From the NCBI GenBank assembly GCA_047601605.1, contig JASGIU010000002.1, positions 1,688,370-1,752,369 on the forward strand: 64,000 bases of DNA, written 5' to 3'. The notes below the pieces were generated by a model. It saw only the letters and a list, made by a program, of their open reading frames with translations, was not told where the DNA came from and searched no databases. The translations under genes were made by a program, and so were the position numbers. Source of the stretch: Niabella sp. (GTDB lineage: Bacteria > Bacteroidota > Bacteroidia > Chitinophagales > Chitinophagaceae). Below, in pieces: positions 28,954-39,600 of the stretch (its first letter is position 1; each line of letters opens with the position of its first letter).

Positions 28954-30372
28954 ATGAGCAAAATTAAACTGAAAGAAAAAATCGGGTATGGCTTGGGGGA
29001 TGCTGCCTCCTCTATGTTCTGGAAGATTTTTGGAATGTACGCCTTGTTTTTCTATACCGATGTCATGGGCATTACCGCGGCGGCTGCAGGCACCATGTTT
29101 TTGGTTGCAAGGGTATGGGACTCTTTCTTTGATCTTTTTGTAGGCATAATGGCCGATCGTACAAAAACCAGGTGGGGACGGTACAGGCCTTACCTGTTAT
29201 GGTTCGCTGTTCCATTTGCCGTGATGGGCGTTATAACTTTTTTCGTTCCTGATTTTGGAAGTGCCGGTAAGCTGGTGTATGCATATATTACCTATTCTTT
29301 AATGATGATCGTGTATTCGCTCATCAATGTGCCATACGCGTCTTTATTAGGCGTAATGTCGTCCGATTCCAAGGAGCGGAATATACTGTCCTCCTATCGT
29401 ATGTCATTTGCCTTTATAGGAAGCTTTGTAACTTTTATGCTGCTCCAACCGCTGGTAGACGGATTCAGTGGTATGTTTAATAATGGTGCCATTTCTTCAA
29501 ATATGGATACTGGCATTAGCACGGCACCTATGGGATGGACACTTGCCGTGGCTTCTATCGGCGTGCTATGCGCCATCCTCTTTTTCCTTTGTTTTAGCTG
29601 GACAAAAGAAAGGGTAGCATCCATCAGCAATGATGCAAAAGGATCTGTAAAGGAAGATTTGAAAAACCTGATGCGCAATGCCCCGTGGTGGATACTGGTA
29701 GCTACGGGTCTCGCTTCCTTATTATTCAATGCTGTCCGGGACGGGGTGGCTATTTATTATTTCAGGGATCATGTGCAATTAAATTACAAAATGCCGATAA
29801 CTGGCTGGGATGCTACAACCATTTATTTTCTTATCGGTCAGGCGGCTAATTTAGTCGGTGTTATATTGGCCCCTGTCCTTTCTGAAAAATATGGGAAGAA
29901 AAAAACTTACATGATGGCCACGGCCTTAGCGGCTGTATTTAGTGCAATATTCTTTTTTGTTCCCAACCATATCGGTTGGATATTATTTATGCAAGCTATC
30001 ATATCAGTATGCGCAGGCTATGTATTGCCCTTACTCTGGAGCATGTTCGCCGATATCGTAGACTATCAGGAACTAAAAACCAACCGAAGGACATCGGGTC
30101 TTATCTTCTCATCCTCTTCCATGTCACAAAAGCTGGGATGGGCGTTGGGCTCGGCATTAACAGGATGGATTCTCTTTATTTTTAATTATAGGCCGCATTT
30201 GGCACAACAAAGCATGGAAACCATTTTTGGTGAGCGGTTGATGATAAGTCTGCTGCCAGCTCTTTGTTGTGTGCTGGCATTTATCGGGATGTCCTTTTAT
30301 CCGCTTAATGAAAAAAGAGTAAAAGAGATATCCGGAGAATTAGATCAAAGACGCAATGCCCAAGAAAACTAA
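28954..30372 (+). CDS. GPH/MFS sugar:cation symporter (mannosylglucose/mannobiose type)
   Basis: KEKIGYGLGDAASSMFW, DRTKTRWGRYRP and WSMFADIVDY; directly follows mgp as in Bacteroides man operons. Confidence 0.9.
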   Translation: MSKIKLKEKIGYGLGDAASSMFWKIFGMYALFFYTDVMGITAAAAGTMFLVARVWDSFFDLFVGIMADRTKTRWGRYRPYLLWFAVPFAVMGVITFFVPDFGSAGKLVYAYITYSLMMIVYSLINVPYASLLGVMSSDSKERNILSSYRMSFAFIGSFVTFMLLQPLVDGFSGMFNNGAISSNMDTGISTAPMGWTLAVASIGVLCAILFFLCFSWTKERVASISNDAKGSVKEDLKNLMRNAPWWILVATGLASLLFNAVRDGVAIYYFRDHVQLNYKMPITGWDATTIYFLIGQAANLVGVILAPVLSEKYGKKKTYMMATALAAVFSAIFFFVPNHIGWILFMQAIISVCAGYVLPLLWSMFADIVDYQELKTNRRTSGLIFSSSSMSQKLGWALGSALTGWILFIFNYRPHLAQQSMETIFGERLMISLLPALCCVLAFIGMSFYPLNEKRVKEISGELDQRRNAQEN

Positions 30373-30627
30373 ATAAATAGCCTTATTCAAATATTAATTT
30401 GCACGCGTGTATTTTGCATAACACTTCGATATAGGATTAAGTATAAAGATGATGAACATTACCTTAAAGAGACAGAAGATGCTTTTACGATAGATGAAAA
30501 AATCCTTCTGCCTCTTTTTCTTTCAAATGCAAAAAAGCGACAGTCTCATATAGTTGATTTTAAAGTTCAAACAACTAATGAGAAAAAATCGGCAAACCGA
30601 AGCCAGCCAAGCATTACAGGGCTTTAA
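30373..30627 (+). pseudogene. Start-less 84-codon open frame, possible gene remnant at the PUL boundary
   Basis: No stops and no ATG/GTG/TTG in frame, in an AT-rich stretch. Protein-like ...YRIKYKDDEHYLKETEDAFTIDEKILLPLFL... Confidence 0.3.
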
Positions 30628-30694
30628 GATATCTTGCCTGTACAAGCCCCAAATAATTCCATTTTAATATAAAAAAATTGCTGCCTTTTTTATA

Positions 30695-30702
30695 TATCTT
30701 TG
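30695..30702 (+). promoter_or_regulatory. Bacteroidota sigma70 -7 element for the DUF3857 pair
   Basis: TATCTTTG matches TAnnTTTG. Confidence 0.6.
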
Positions 30703-30748
30703 GGTAGCTGAAGAACTAAACGATTGACCACCATATTAATACTATATT

Positions 30749-32770
30749 ATGAGAACAGCCTTCTGTATGAAACTGCTTATAATAGCAGTCCTGCTTCCAA
30801 CATTTTTATTAAATGCACAAGACAAGCTAAACATTAAATTTGGCAAACTAAACAAAGACGATTTTAATATTCAGTCTCCGGCAATTGACTCGTCTACCAA
30901 TGCAGTTGTTTTGGCGGATATTGGTAGTTCAAAAATAGAGGGGAATAACAAAGGGTTCTTCTCACTTATCTATACGCAGATAAGACGTATAAAAGTATTG
31001 AACAAAAAAGGCTTCGATGCAGCCGATGTGTCTATTGTCCTGTATACTTCTGGCTCGGATGAAGAAAAACTGACCGACTGTAAAGCCATTACCTACAATA
31101 TGGAGAACGGGGAGTTGAAGCAAACAAAGCTTGAGCAAAAAAATATCTTTAAAGAAAAAATAGATAAAAATATAACCGTAAAAAAATTCACGTTCCCTGA
31201 TGTAAAGGAAGGTTCTATTTTGGAATATACTTATACCATCGAATCTGATTTTTTGACTCATTTACGGGCATGGGAATTTCAGGGCACGTCCTGGCCTCGT
31301 GTTTATACCCAGTATTCCGTAAAAATTCCTGAGTTTTTTTCTTATATATTTTTGGCACAGGGATATTTTCCCCTTAAACATGAAAACAAAAGTAATTTTA
31401 AAGGTTACAGTGTAAGCGATACGAAAGGCGCCCAGGCAACGGAGCATTACTCGCTAAACGGATATGAAAACGAAAACACATGGATAGCCCGGGATGTTCC
31501 GGCACTTAAAGAAGAGACTTATACATCCTCTATGGACAATCATCTTTCCAAGATAGATTTCCAGCTAAAGCAATACCAGTTCCCAAACAACCCTCCCCAC
31601 GATTATATGGGCAACTGGACGAAAGCCGCAGAAGAATTATTAAAGCGGGATGACTTTGGCGTAGAAATTACACGTCCCAACAATTGGCTGAGCAACGATG
31701 TAGATAAGATCATTGCAGGCTCGACCAACAATATGGAAAAGGCTCAAAAGATTTATGCCTTTGTGCGGGATAACTTCACTGCAACCCGTCACTCGGGGAT
31801 TTATATAAGCGACAATACAACTCTTAAAGATATTTTCAGAAAGAAAAGTGGTCATGCCGGCGAAATTAACTTGCTGTTGATTGCCATGTTACGCCAGGCC
31901 CGCATTACAGCCGATCCTGTTTTAATAAGCACAAGAAGCCATGGTTGGGCGCATCCCTTTTATCCCTTAATGACCAAATATAACCTTGCTATTTGCAATA
32001 CACAAATTGATGAAAAAAGTATTTACTTAAATGCTTCTGAACCAAAGATGGGTTTTGGCCGTTTATCATCGGAGTGTTATAACGGTGCCGGGTTCATTGT
32101 CAAGCCGACTCCCTGGAACATATCACTTGAACCGGATTCCCTAAGAGAAGTAAAAGTCACGCAGCTATTTGTGGTAAATGATAACAAGAAAGGATTGGCT
32201 GGTTCTTTTGCCACCACGCCTGGATATTATGAATCATCCAGCCTTCGACAAAGACTTGTAAAGGAGAGCCTCGACGATTTCACAAAGGAAACTGTCAAAA
32301 GCTATTCCTTCCCCGTAAAAATAACCAATGCACGTGTAGATTCATTAAATCAATACGATTATCCTGTGCAGCTCAAATATGAGATGCAGTTTTATTTTGA
32401 TGATCAGGAAATAGTATACCTAAACCCCATGTTCAGCGAGGCCACCACCAAAAATCCCTTCAGTTCCGCCGAAAGAAAATATCCCGTGGAAATGCCTTTT
32501 AAAATAGGAGAGGTATATGTGCTGAACATGGAAATCCCCAAAGGTTATAAAGTGGAGGAACTTCCCAAATCGGCCAGGGTGATGTTGAATGATAATGAAG
32601 GTATTTTTGAGTACCTTATTTCCGCTACTGATCAAAAAATAATGATGAACAGTCGGATAGATATCAAAAAGGCAACTTTTGCACCTGAAGATTATCAGAC
32701 GCTCCGTGATTTTTTTGGTTATATCGTTAAAAAGCAGGCAGAGCAGATTGTATTCAAGAAAATTAATTGA
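30749..32770 (+). CDS. DUF3857/transglutaminase-like protein, predicted inactive
   Basis: Signal peptide, TFPDVKEGSILEY, W.FQ and F.S..R.YPVE. The catalytic Cys position reads SGHAGEIN. Confidence 0.8.
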   Translation: MRTAFCMKLLIIAVLLPTFLLNAQDKLNIKFGKLNKDDFNIQSPAIDSSTNAVVLADIGSSKIEGNNKGFFSLIYTQIRRIKVLNKKGFDAADVSIVLYTSGSDEEKLTDCKAITYNMENGELKQTKLEQKNIFKEKIDKNITVKKFTFPDVKEGSILEYTYTIESDFLTHLRAWEFQGTSWPRVYTQYSVKIPEFFSYIFLAQGYFPLKHENKSNFKGYSVSDTKGAQATEHYSLNGYENENTWIARDVPALKEETYTSSMDNHLSKIDFQLKQYQFPNNPPHDYMGNWTKAAEELLKRDDFGVEITRPNNWLSNDVDKIIAGSTNNMEKAQKIYAFVRDNFTATRHSGIYISDNTTLKDIFRKKSGHAGEINLLLIAMLRQARITADPVLISTRSHGWAHPFYPLMTKYNLAICNTQIDEKSIYLNASEPKMGFGRLSSECYNGAGFIVKPTPWNISLEPDSLREVKVTQLFVVNDNKKGLAGSFATTPGYYESSSLRQRLVKESLDDFTKETVKSYSFPVKITNARVDSLNQYDYPVQLKYEMQFYFDDQEIVYLNPMFSEATTKNPFSSAERKYPVEMPFKIGEVYVLNMEIPKGYKVEELPKSARVMLNDNEGIFEYLISATDQKIMMNSRIDIKKATFAPEDYQTLRDFFGYIVKKQAEQIVFKKIN

Positions 32771-32830
32771 TGATATCGTAGCTATCCGAAAATGTCCATT
32801 GACGAATCAAAGACAGATAAAAACAAGTGT

Positions 32831-34732
32831 ATGAAAAAAATACTTTGTGGTTGTATATTCTTTATAATAGCCTGCAATGGTTTTGCACAATATGCGGTCG
32901 CCGATATACCCGAGGTATTACTTAAAGAGGCCAAACTTGTAAAACGTTTGGAAGAACTGCGTGTTGAAATAAAAAACCCCGGAAAGGCTGTCTACTACAG
33001 GCATTATGTGTATACATTGCTGAACGAAGCTGCCGAAGGATACGCTTTTTTTTATGACTATTATGATAAGTTCAGAGATATACAAAGTATTTCGGGTACC
33101 TTGTACGATGCCGCTGGCAATAAAATAAAAAGTGTAAAGAAAAAAGATATCAGCGACGAAACCGGCAACAGCGGAGCGCATCTGGCGTATGACGAACGGT
33201 ATAAAGCCCATAATTTTTATTACAAAAATTATCCCTACACCATAGAATACGAAGTAGAGGTTTCGCTTAACGGAATACTGCACTTACCTGAATGGCAGCC
33301 TGTTTCTGCACCGAGAGTTTCGGTAGAAAAATCATTGTTCAGCGTGACTGCTCCTAAAGATTATGAGTTACGCTACAAGCAATTCCGATATAACGGGTCT
33401 CCGGTCGTGAAAGAAGAAAAATCATCCAAAGTATATACCTGGCAACTAAATGGCCAGATAGCGAAAAAGGATGAAGTGCTGGCTCCGGAATGGGATGAAA
33501 TTACCACAAGGGTGGTAATCGCCCCTTCTGATTTTGAAATTGCCGGGTATAAAGGCAACATGAATAGTTGGCAACAATTCGGTAAGTTCATGACCGCACT
33601 TTATGGTGGTCGCGATGTGTTGCCTGCGAGTGTAAAAGCCAAGGTGCACGAGCTCACAGATAATCTTAAAACCGACAACGAAAAAATAAACACGCTATAT
33701 AAATTTTTACAAGATAACACGCATTACATAAGCATACAATTAGGCATTGGTGGTTGGCAACCTTTAGATGCCACTTATGTTGCCGAAAAGAAATATGGTG
33801 ATTGTAAAGCACTATCCAATTACATGGTAGCTTTATTAAAAGAAGCCGGAATAAAAGCGCATAATGTTTTGATTAAAGCAGGCACGGACGAAAAGGATAT
33901 CATTACAGATTTTCCTTCCAATCAGTTCAACCATGTGGTGGTATGCGTGCCGGGCAAAAAGGACACCACCTGGCTCGAATGTACCAGTCAAACAGCCCTG
34001 CCCGGTTATATGGGCAGTTTTACCGGAAACCGGGAAGCTTTGTTGGTGGATGAAAACAACAGCACTATTGTCCGTACACCTGTATATAATAAAACGCAGA
34101 ACCTGCAACAGCGCACGATACATGCCACCATAGATGCAGAGGGGAACCTGAAAGCTAAAGTAACCACGATAAGCACGGGGCTGCAACAGGACGGACTGCA
34201 TAGCATCATAAACAATTCAACAAAGGAAGAACAGCAAAAAAGATTACGCCAAATATTCCCCTTGCCTAATTATGACGTGCCGTCTTTTACCTATAATGAA
34301 AGTAAAACAACCGCTATTCCAACCGTTAATGAAACAATGGAAATCGTATCTAATAATTATGCAAGCGTCACCGGCAAGCGAATGTTTATAAAGCCAAACA
34401 TACTGGCAACTTACGTGTCAAAGCTGAGCGAAGAGGATGCCCGCGAAAACGACATTGTTTACAGCTATCCTTTTATTCATACAGACACTGTAAACATAAC
34501 CCTGCCCGATGGTTACAAAATAGAATCTATGCCTAAGCCATTCAGTGTTTCCAATAAGTTCGGCAAATATGATATATCATACAACATAGATGGGGCTAAG
34601 GTAAAAATGGTTAGAACTTATGAAAGAAACAACGGACGTTTTCCCGCAAGTGATTACCCTGCTTATGTGGAATTCAATAATAGTATTTATAAGTCAGACA
34701 ATGCAAGAATTGTTTTTGTAAAGAATGAATAA
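32831..34732 (+). CDS. DUF3857/transglutaminase-like protein with Cys-His site
   Basis: Signal peptide, HYISIQLGIGGWQP, YGDCKALS, FNHVV and WLECTS. ATG at 32831 preferred. Confidence 0.82.
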   Translation: MKKILCGCIFFIIACNGFAQYAVADIPEVLLKEAKLVKRLEELRVEIKNPGKAVYYRHYVYTLLNEAAEGYAFFYDYYDKFRDIQSISGTLYDAAGNKIKSVKKKDISDETGNSGAHLAYDERYKAHNFYYKNYPYTIEYEVEVSLNGILHLPEWQPVSAPRVSVEKSLFSVTAPKDYELRYKQFRYNGSPVVKEEKSSKVYTWQLNGQIAKKDEVLAPEWDEITTRVVIAPSDFEIAGYKGNMNSWQQFGKFMTALYGGRDVLPASVKAKVHELTDNLKTDNEKINTLYKFLQDNTHYISIQLGIGGWQPLDATYVAEKKYGDCKALSNYMVALLKEAGIKAHNVLIKAGTDEKDIITDFPSNQFNHVVVCVPGKKDTTWLECTSQTALPGYMGSFTGNREALLVDENNSTIVRTPVYNKTQNLQQRTIHATIDAEGNLKAKVTTISTGLQQDGLHSIINNSTKEEQQKRLRQIFPLPNYDVPSFTYNESKTTAIPTVNETMEIVSNNYASVTGKRMFIKPNILATYVSKLSEEDARENDIVYSYPFIHTDTVNITLPDGYKIESMPKPFSVSNKFGKYDISYNIDGAKVKMVRTYERNNGRFPASDYPAYVEFNNSIYKSDNARIVFVKNE

Positions 34733-34834
34733 TCACTCCATCAGTATTAGATGAGAGGTATTATTCATTCTTACAACAAATTGTATCAAGCTAAGTAATG
34801 TGCCGGAAAATCAAACTCCAATTATTGATGATGT

Positions 34835-36340
34835 TTACTCAAACGACATCAGTATGGATTTTTCTTTACTTTCAAGCAAGGAGCTGCCCATCAGGAACTC
34901 GTCCACTTTACGGGCGCACTCACGGCCTTCGCTGATGGCCCATACCACCAGGCTTTGGCCACGGCGCATATCGCCCGCTGCAAATACTTTGGATATGGAA
35001 GTCTTATAAAACTTCTCAGTCGCCAATACATTACCGCGCGCATCCAACTCCAGTTCAAGCTGATCAAGCATCCCTTCATGTTGCGGATGAACAAAACCCA
35101 TCGCCAGCAGTGCCAATTCGCAGGGTATTTCGCGCTCGCTGCCCGGCACTTCGGTAAACCGGGCGGGTTTGCCCGGCTCCGGTGTTGTCCATTGCAGGTC
35201 AACCACCTTCAAGGCTTTGAGCTTGCCGTTATTGTCACCTATAAATTCTTTTGTAGCAATAGACCAATGCCTTTGCGCCCCTTCCTCATGGCTGGTCGTT
35301 GTTTTCAACAGCATGGGATAGGTTGGCCAAGGCATGGCTTCGGTACGCTCTTTGGGCGGCATGGGCAACAGCTCAAACTGTGTCACGGAAACCGCGCCGT
35401 GGCGGTTACTGGTGCCCACACAGTCACTGCCCGTATCACCGCCGCCGATAACCACTACGTTTTTGCCCGTAGCCGTTACTTCCTTCGGCAGGATATTGCT
35501 TTCGATATTAGCATGTTCCAGAAAATCTTTCCCTGCCACGCGCTTGTTGTTTTGCTTTAAAAAGTTCATGGCAAAATGCACCCCGTCAAGTTCCCTGCCG
35601 GGAATCGGAAGGTCGCGCGGCTTGGTGCTGCCGCCGCAAAGCACCAAGGCATCATATTGCCGCAGGATGTCGTGCACATTTACGTTCACGCCCACATTGG
35701 CATGACATTTAAACACCACCCCTTCTTCCTGCATCACCGCGATGCGCCTGTCCACCACCCATTTTTCCAGCTTAAAGTCAGGTATACCATAGCGCAACAG
35801 ACCGCCCGGCAATTCGTCGCGCTCAAATACCGTCACGCTGTGACCCGCATAGTTCAACTGGGCGGCAGCGGCCAAGCCAGAAGGGCCGCTACCTATCACG
35901 GCCACTTTCTTGCCCGTGCGCATATTGGGCGCTTTGCTCTTCACGAATCCTTTTTCAAAAGCAATCTCTATAATATGCTTTTCTATTTCTTCTATGGTCA
36001 CGGGCGGTTGATTAATGCCCAGCACACAGGCACTTTCGCAGGGTGCGGGACAAATGCGCCCCGTAAACTCCGGAAAGTTATTGGTCGAGGTTAGTGTATC
36101 ATAAGCCTCTTTGTAATCCTTGCGATATACGGCATCGTTAAACTCGGGTATCACATTGCCCAGCGGGCAGCCACTGTGGCAAAACGGAATGCCGCAGTCC
36201 ATGCAGCGCGCCGCCTGTTTGTTCAACTTTTCCTCGGGAAAAAGCGATACAAACTCGCGATAGTGTTTCAAACGCTCTTCTATCGGCCTTTTATCAGGGG
36301 TTTCCCTTGTAAATTCTAAAAATCCTGTTGGTTTGCCCAT
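34835..36340 (-). CDS. gltD: Glutamate synthase small subunit
   Basis: [25 protein letters not shown] and GGGDTGSDC. Confidence 0.97.
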   Translation of the reverse strand: MGKPTGFLEFTRETPDKRPIEERLKHYREFVSLFPEEKLNKQAARCMDCGIPFCHSGCPLGNVIPEFNDAVYRKDYKEAYDTLTSTNNFPEFTGRICPAPCESACVLGINQPPVTIEEIEKHIIEIAFEKGFVKSKAPNMRTGKKVAVIGSGPSGLAAAAQLNYAGHSVTVFERDELPGGLLRYGIPDFKLEKWVVDRRIAVMQEEGVVFKCHANVGVNVNVHDILRQYDALVLCGGSTKPRDLPIPGRELDGVHFAMNFLKQNNKRVAGKDFLEHANIESNILPKEVTATGKNVVVIGGGDTGSDCVGTSNRHGAVSVTQFELLPMPPKERTEAMPWPTYPMLLKTTTSHEEGAQRHWSIATKEFIGDNNGKLKALKVVDLQWTTPEPGKPARFTEVPGSEREIPCELALLAMGFVHPQHEGMLDQLELELDARGNVLATEKFYKTSISKVFAAGDMRRGQSLVVWAISEGRECARKVDEFLMGSSLLESKEKSILMSFE

Positions 36341-36370
36341 TGTCTATGTATGGTTTACTTTTTTATTGTC

Positions 36371-36530
36371 CCGGCTTCAGCGCTACTATCAGCCCCGTTG
36401 CGTCGCACACTTCAACTAAAGAATATGGATGGGCTGTTAAAATGTTTATTCCCTCTCCACTAATGCTAATAGAAGCACTAAAGTTGAACGGAGCGTCGCA
36501 ACATCAGCCCCATCAGGGCACTAAAGCCGG
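36371..36530 (-). other. 160-nt structured palindromic element (MITE/REP-like or ncRNA)
   Basis: 13-bp terminal stem perfect with G-U on the minus strand; inner inverted arms; 9-bp direct repeat ATCAGCCCC at 36388-36396 and 36503-36511. Confidence 0.75.
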
Positions 36531-36569
36531 TAAACAAAAAACTATTTCTTTTAAAAAATTTCACCTTTG

Positions 36570-36596
36570 AAAAACCTTTCCGATAAGAATCGGAAA
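36570..36596 (-). terminator. Terminator-like hairpin after gltB
   Basis: TTTCCGAT-TCTT-ATCGGAAA followed by GGTTTTT on the minus strand. Confidence 0.45.
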
Positions 36597-36604
36597 AATC
36601 ACTT

Positions 36605-39600
36605 CTATGCCAACTGCTTTTGTTCCTTTTTCGCCAAAACGATTTTTTTGTAATCGCTTGGGAACACTTTTACAAAATGTCTGATTTGGTTTTCTAAATC
36701 ATCCAAAAGGAACTTGGCCACGGTGCTGCCCGTGTAAGTATAATGACGGCTTATCATGTCCTGCAGAAAAGCTATATCTTCCTCGTCCACAGGGTCAAGC
36801 TCTACCATTTCCCTGTTGCAGTTGTTCGCGAACTTTTGGCCTGCATCATAAATGTACGCAATGCCACCGCTCATGCCTGCCGCAAAGTTTCTTCCGGTAT
36901 CGCCCAGTATCACCACGCGCCCGCCGGTCATATACTCGCACCCGTGATCGCCCACGCCTTCTACCAACACGGTAGCACCGGAATTGCGAACGGCAAAACG
37001 CTCACCTGCCTTTCCGCGTATAAATGCCTCGCCGCTGGTGGCACCGTAAAACGCCACGTTACCGATGATGCTGTTTTCTTCTGGCACAAAGCCCGCTTGC
37101 TTATCAGGGTATATGACCAACCTTGCACCGCTGAGGCCCTTGCCAAAATAGTCGTTGGCATCACCTTCCAGCTCCAACGTAATGCCTTTGTTGCAAAACG
37201 CGCCCAAACTTTGGCCTGCCGTACCTTTCAGCTTGAAATGAATGGTGTCGTCCGGTAAGCCCTTGTCACGATAAACCTTGGTAAGTTCATGCGACAGAAC
37301 CGTCCCGGCGGCGCGGTCGGTATTGACGATATCAAAACTGGCGGTTACTTTTTCACCTCTTTCCAAGGCAGGTTTTGCCGCCTCTATAAATTTCCAGTCG
37401 AGGATCTTATCCAATCCGTGATCCTGGCTTTCGTAGTGATAAATGCCCACACCTTCGGATTCTTCTTCGCGGTACAATATCGGAGAAAGGTCAAGATTTT
37501 TATATTTCCAGTGATTGATGCTATCGCGCATTTTCAATTCGTCAGAATGTCCGACCATTTCATCAATCGTGCGGAAACCAAGCTCCGCCATCAGTTCCCT
37601 GATTTCCTGTGTCAGGAATTTGAAGAAATTCACCACGTGGTCGGCATTGCCCTTGAACCTCTTTCTGAGGTCAGGGTCTTGCGTGGCTACACCGACAGGG
37701 CATGTGTTCAGGTGGCATTTACGCATCATGATGCAACCTTCTACAACCAATGCTGCCGTGGCAACACCCCACTCTTCTGCCCCGAGCAAAGTCGCTATCA
37801 CGATGTCGCGCGCAGAACGCATCTGCCCATCTGCCTGCAACACCACACGACTCCGCAATTTGTTCTTCACCAATGTTTGTTGGGCCTCTGCCACGCCCAG
37901 TTCCCAAGGTAGGCCTGCGTGCCGGATGGAGCTCAACGGCGATGCGCCTGTGCCGCCATCATAGCCTGCAATCAGCACCACATCTGCCTTTGCTTTGGTG
38001 ACGCCTGCGGCAATAGTGCCCACGCCGGCCTTACTCACCAGCTTCACGTTGATGCGCGCGTGACGGTTTGAGTTTTTAAGGTCAAATATTAATTGCGCCA
38101 AATCCTCAATGGAATAAATATCGTGGTGCGGGGGAGGTGAAATCAATCCCACGCCCGGTGTAGAGTGGCGGGTTTTGCCAATCCAATCGTCCACTTTATG
38201 GCCGGGCAACTGGCCGCCTTCGCCCGGCTTGGCCCCCTGTGCCATTTTAATTTGCAGTTCGTCTGCTTCGGTAAGATACAGGCTGGTCACACCAAACCTG
38301 CCACTGGCCACCTGCTTGATGGCGCTACGCATACTGTCACCGTTTTCAAGTGGTGCGTAACGGCGTTCGTCTTCCCCGCCCTCGCCCGTGTTGCTCTTGC
38401 CGCCAAGACGGTTCATGGCAATGGCCAACGTTGTGTGTGCCTCCCAACTGATAGAGCCAAAGCTCATCGCCCCGGTGGCAAATCTTTTGTATATATTTTC
38501 TGCAGGTTCTACCTCATCAATAGAAATAGAAGGCCGCGAGCGTTTAAAATCGAGCAGGCTGCGAATGGTAATGGCTCTTTCACTTTGCTCATCAATCAGC
38601 CGGGTATATTTTTTAAACGTATTGTAATCGTTCATACGGGTGGAATGTTGTAGCAAATGCACCGTTTGCGGATTGAACATGTGGGCTTCGCCTTTACGTT
38701 TCCACTGATAAAAACCACCCGTAGGTAATTGATTCACCGGAACATCTTTGCGGCTAAACGCAAAACGATGCTTGGCCAGGGTTTCCTTTGCAATTTCATC
38801 AAGCCCCATACCTTCTATGCGTGAGGTGGCTCCTGTAAAATAATGGTCAACGACCTCATGATTCAGGCCGATAATCTCAAATATCTGCGCGCCCATGTAA
38901 GACTGCAAAGTAGAAATGCCCATCTTGGAAAAAACCTTCAACAATCCATCGCTCACGGCTTTGATATAGTTTTTCTCCAACTGTTCCATGGACAAGTCGC
39001 TTTTAATCCTGTCTGTTTCCTTCATTGCACGGATGGAAGAGAATGCCAGATACGGGTTGATGGCCGTAGCCCCAAAACCGAGCAAACAAGCAAAATGATG
39101 CACTTCCCAAACATCCCCGGCCTCCACAACAAGACCAACCTTGCCACGCAAGCCTTTCCGAATCAAGTGGTGATGCACGGCAGAAACCGCCAACAGGGAA
39201 GGAATGGCCGCGTGGTCACTATCAATAGCCCTGTCCTGTAACACGATTACCTCAAAGCCATCGTTTACGGCATCCTCGGAATATTGGCAAATCCTGTCCA
39301 CGGCTCTTTTCAATGAACCGGGTTTGCCATCTGCCACATAATAGCATTGCAATGTTTTCGCCTGAAAGACACCTGTATCAATACTACGTAATTTTTCCAA
39401 CTCATAATTTGTCAGGATAGGCTGTTTGAGCGCTACCACGTGACAGTCGAATTCATCCTCGATGAGCAGGCTACCATTGTTGCCCACAAACGTGGCCAAT
39501 GACATGACCATCCTTTCCCGGATAGGGTCAATCGGCGGATTGGTAACCTGCGCGAACAATTGTTTAAAATAGTAGCTGAGATGTTGGGGCTGGTCGCTCA

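Noticed and set aside
30373-30627. Possible remnant of cellobiose 2-epimerase after mgp and the transporter
   Set aside because: The translation shows none of the AGE/CE features (ILPYW, GGFYG, NARILW).
36388-36511. GGGGCTGAT on the minus strand resembles the tmRNA 5' end
   Set aside because: There is no following GGATTCGAC, no tag ORF and no TCCACCA 3' end, and the element is too short.
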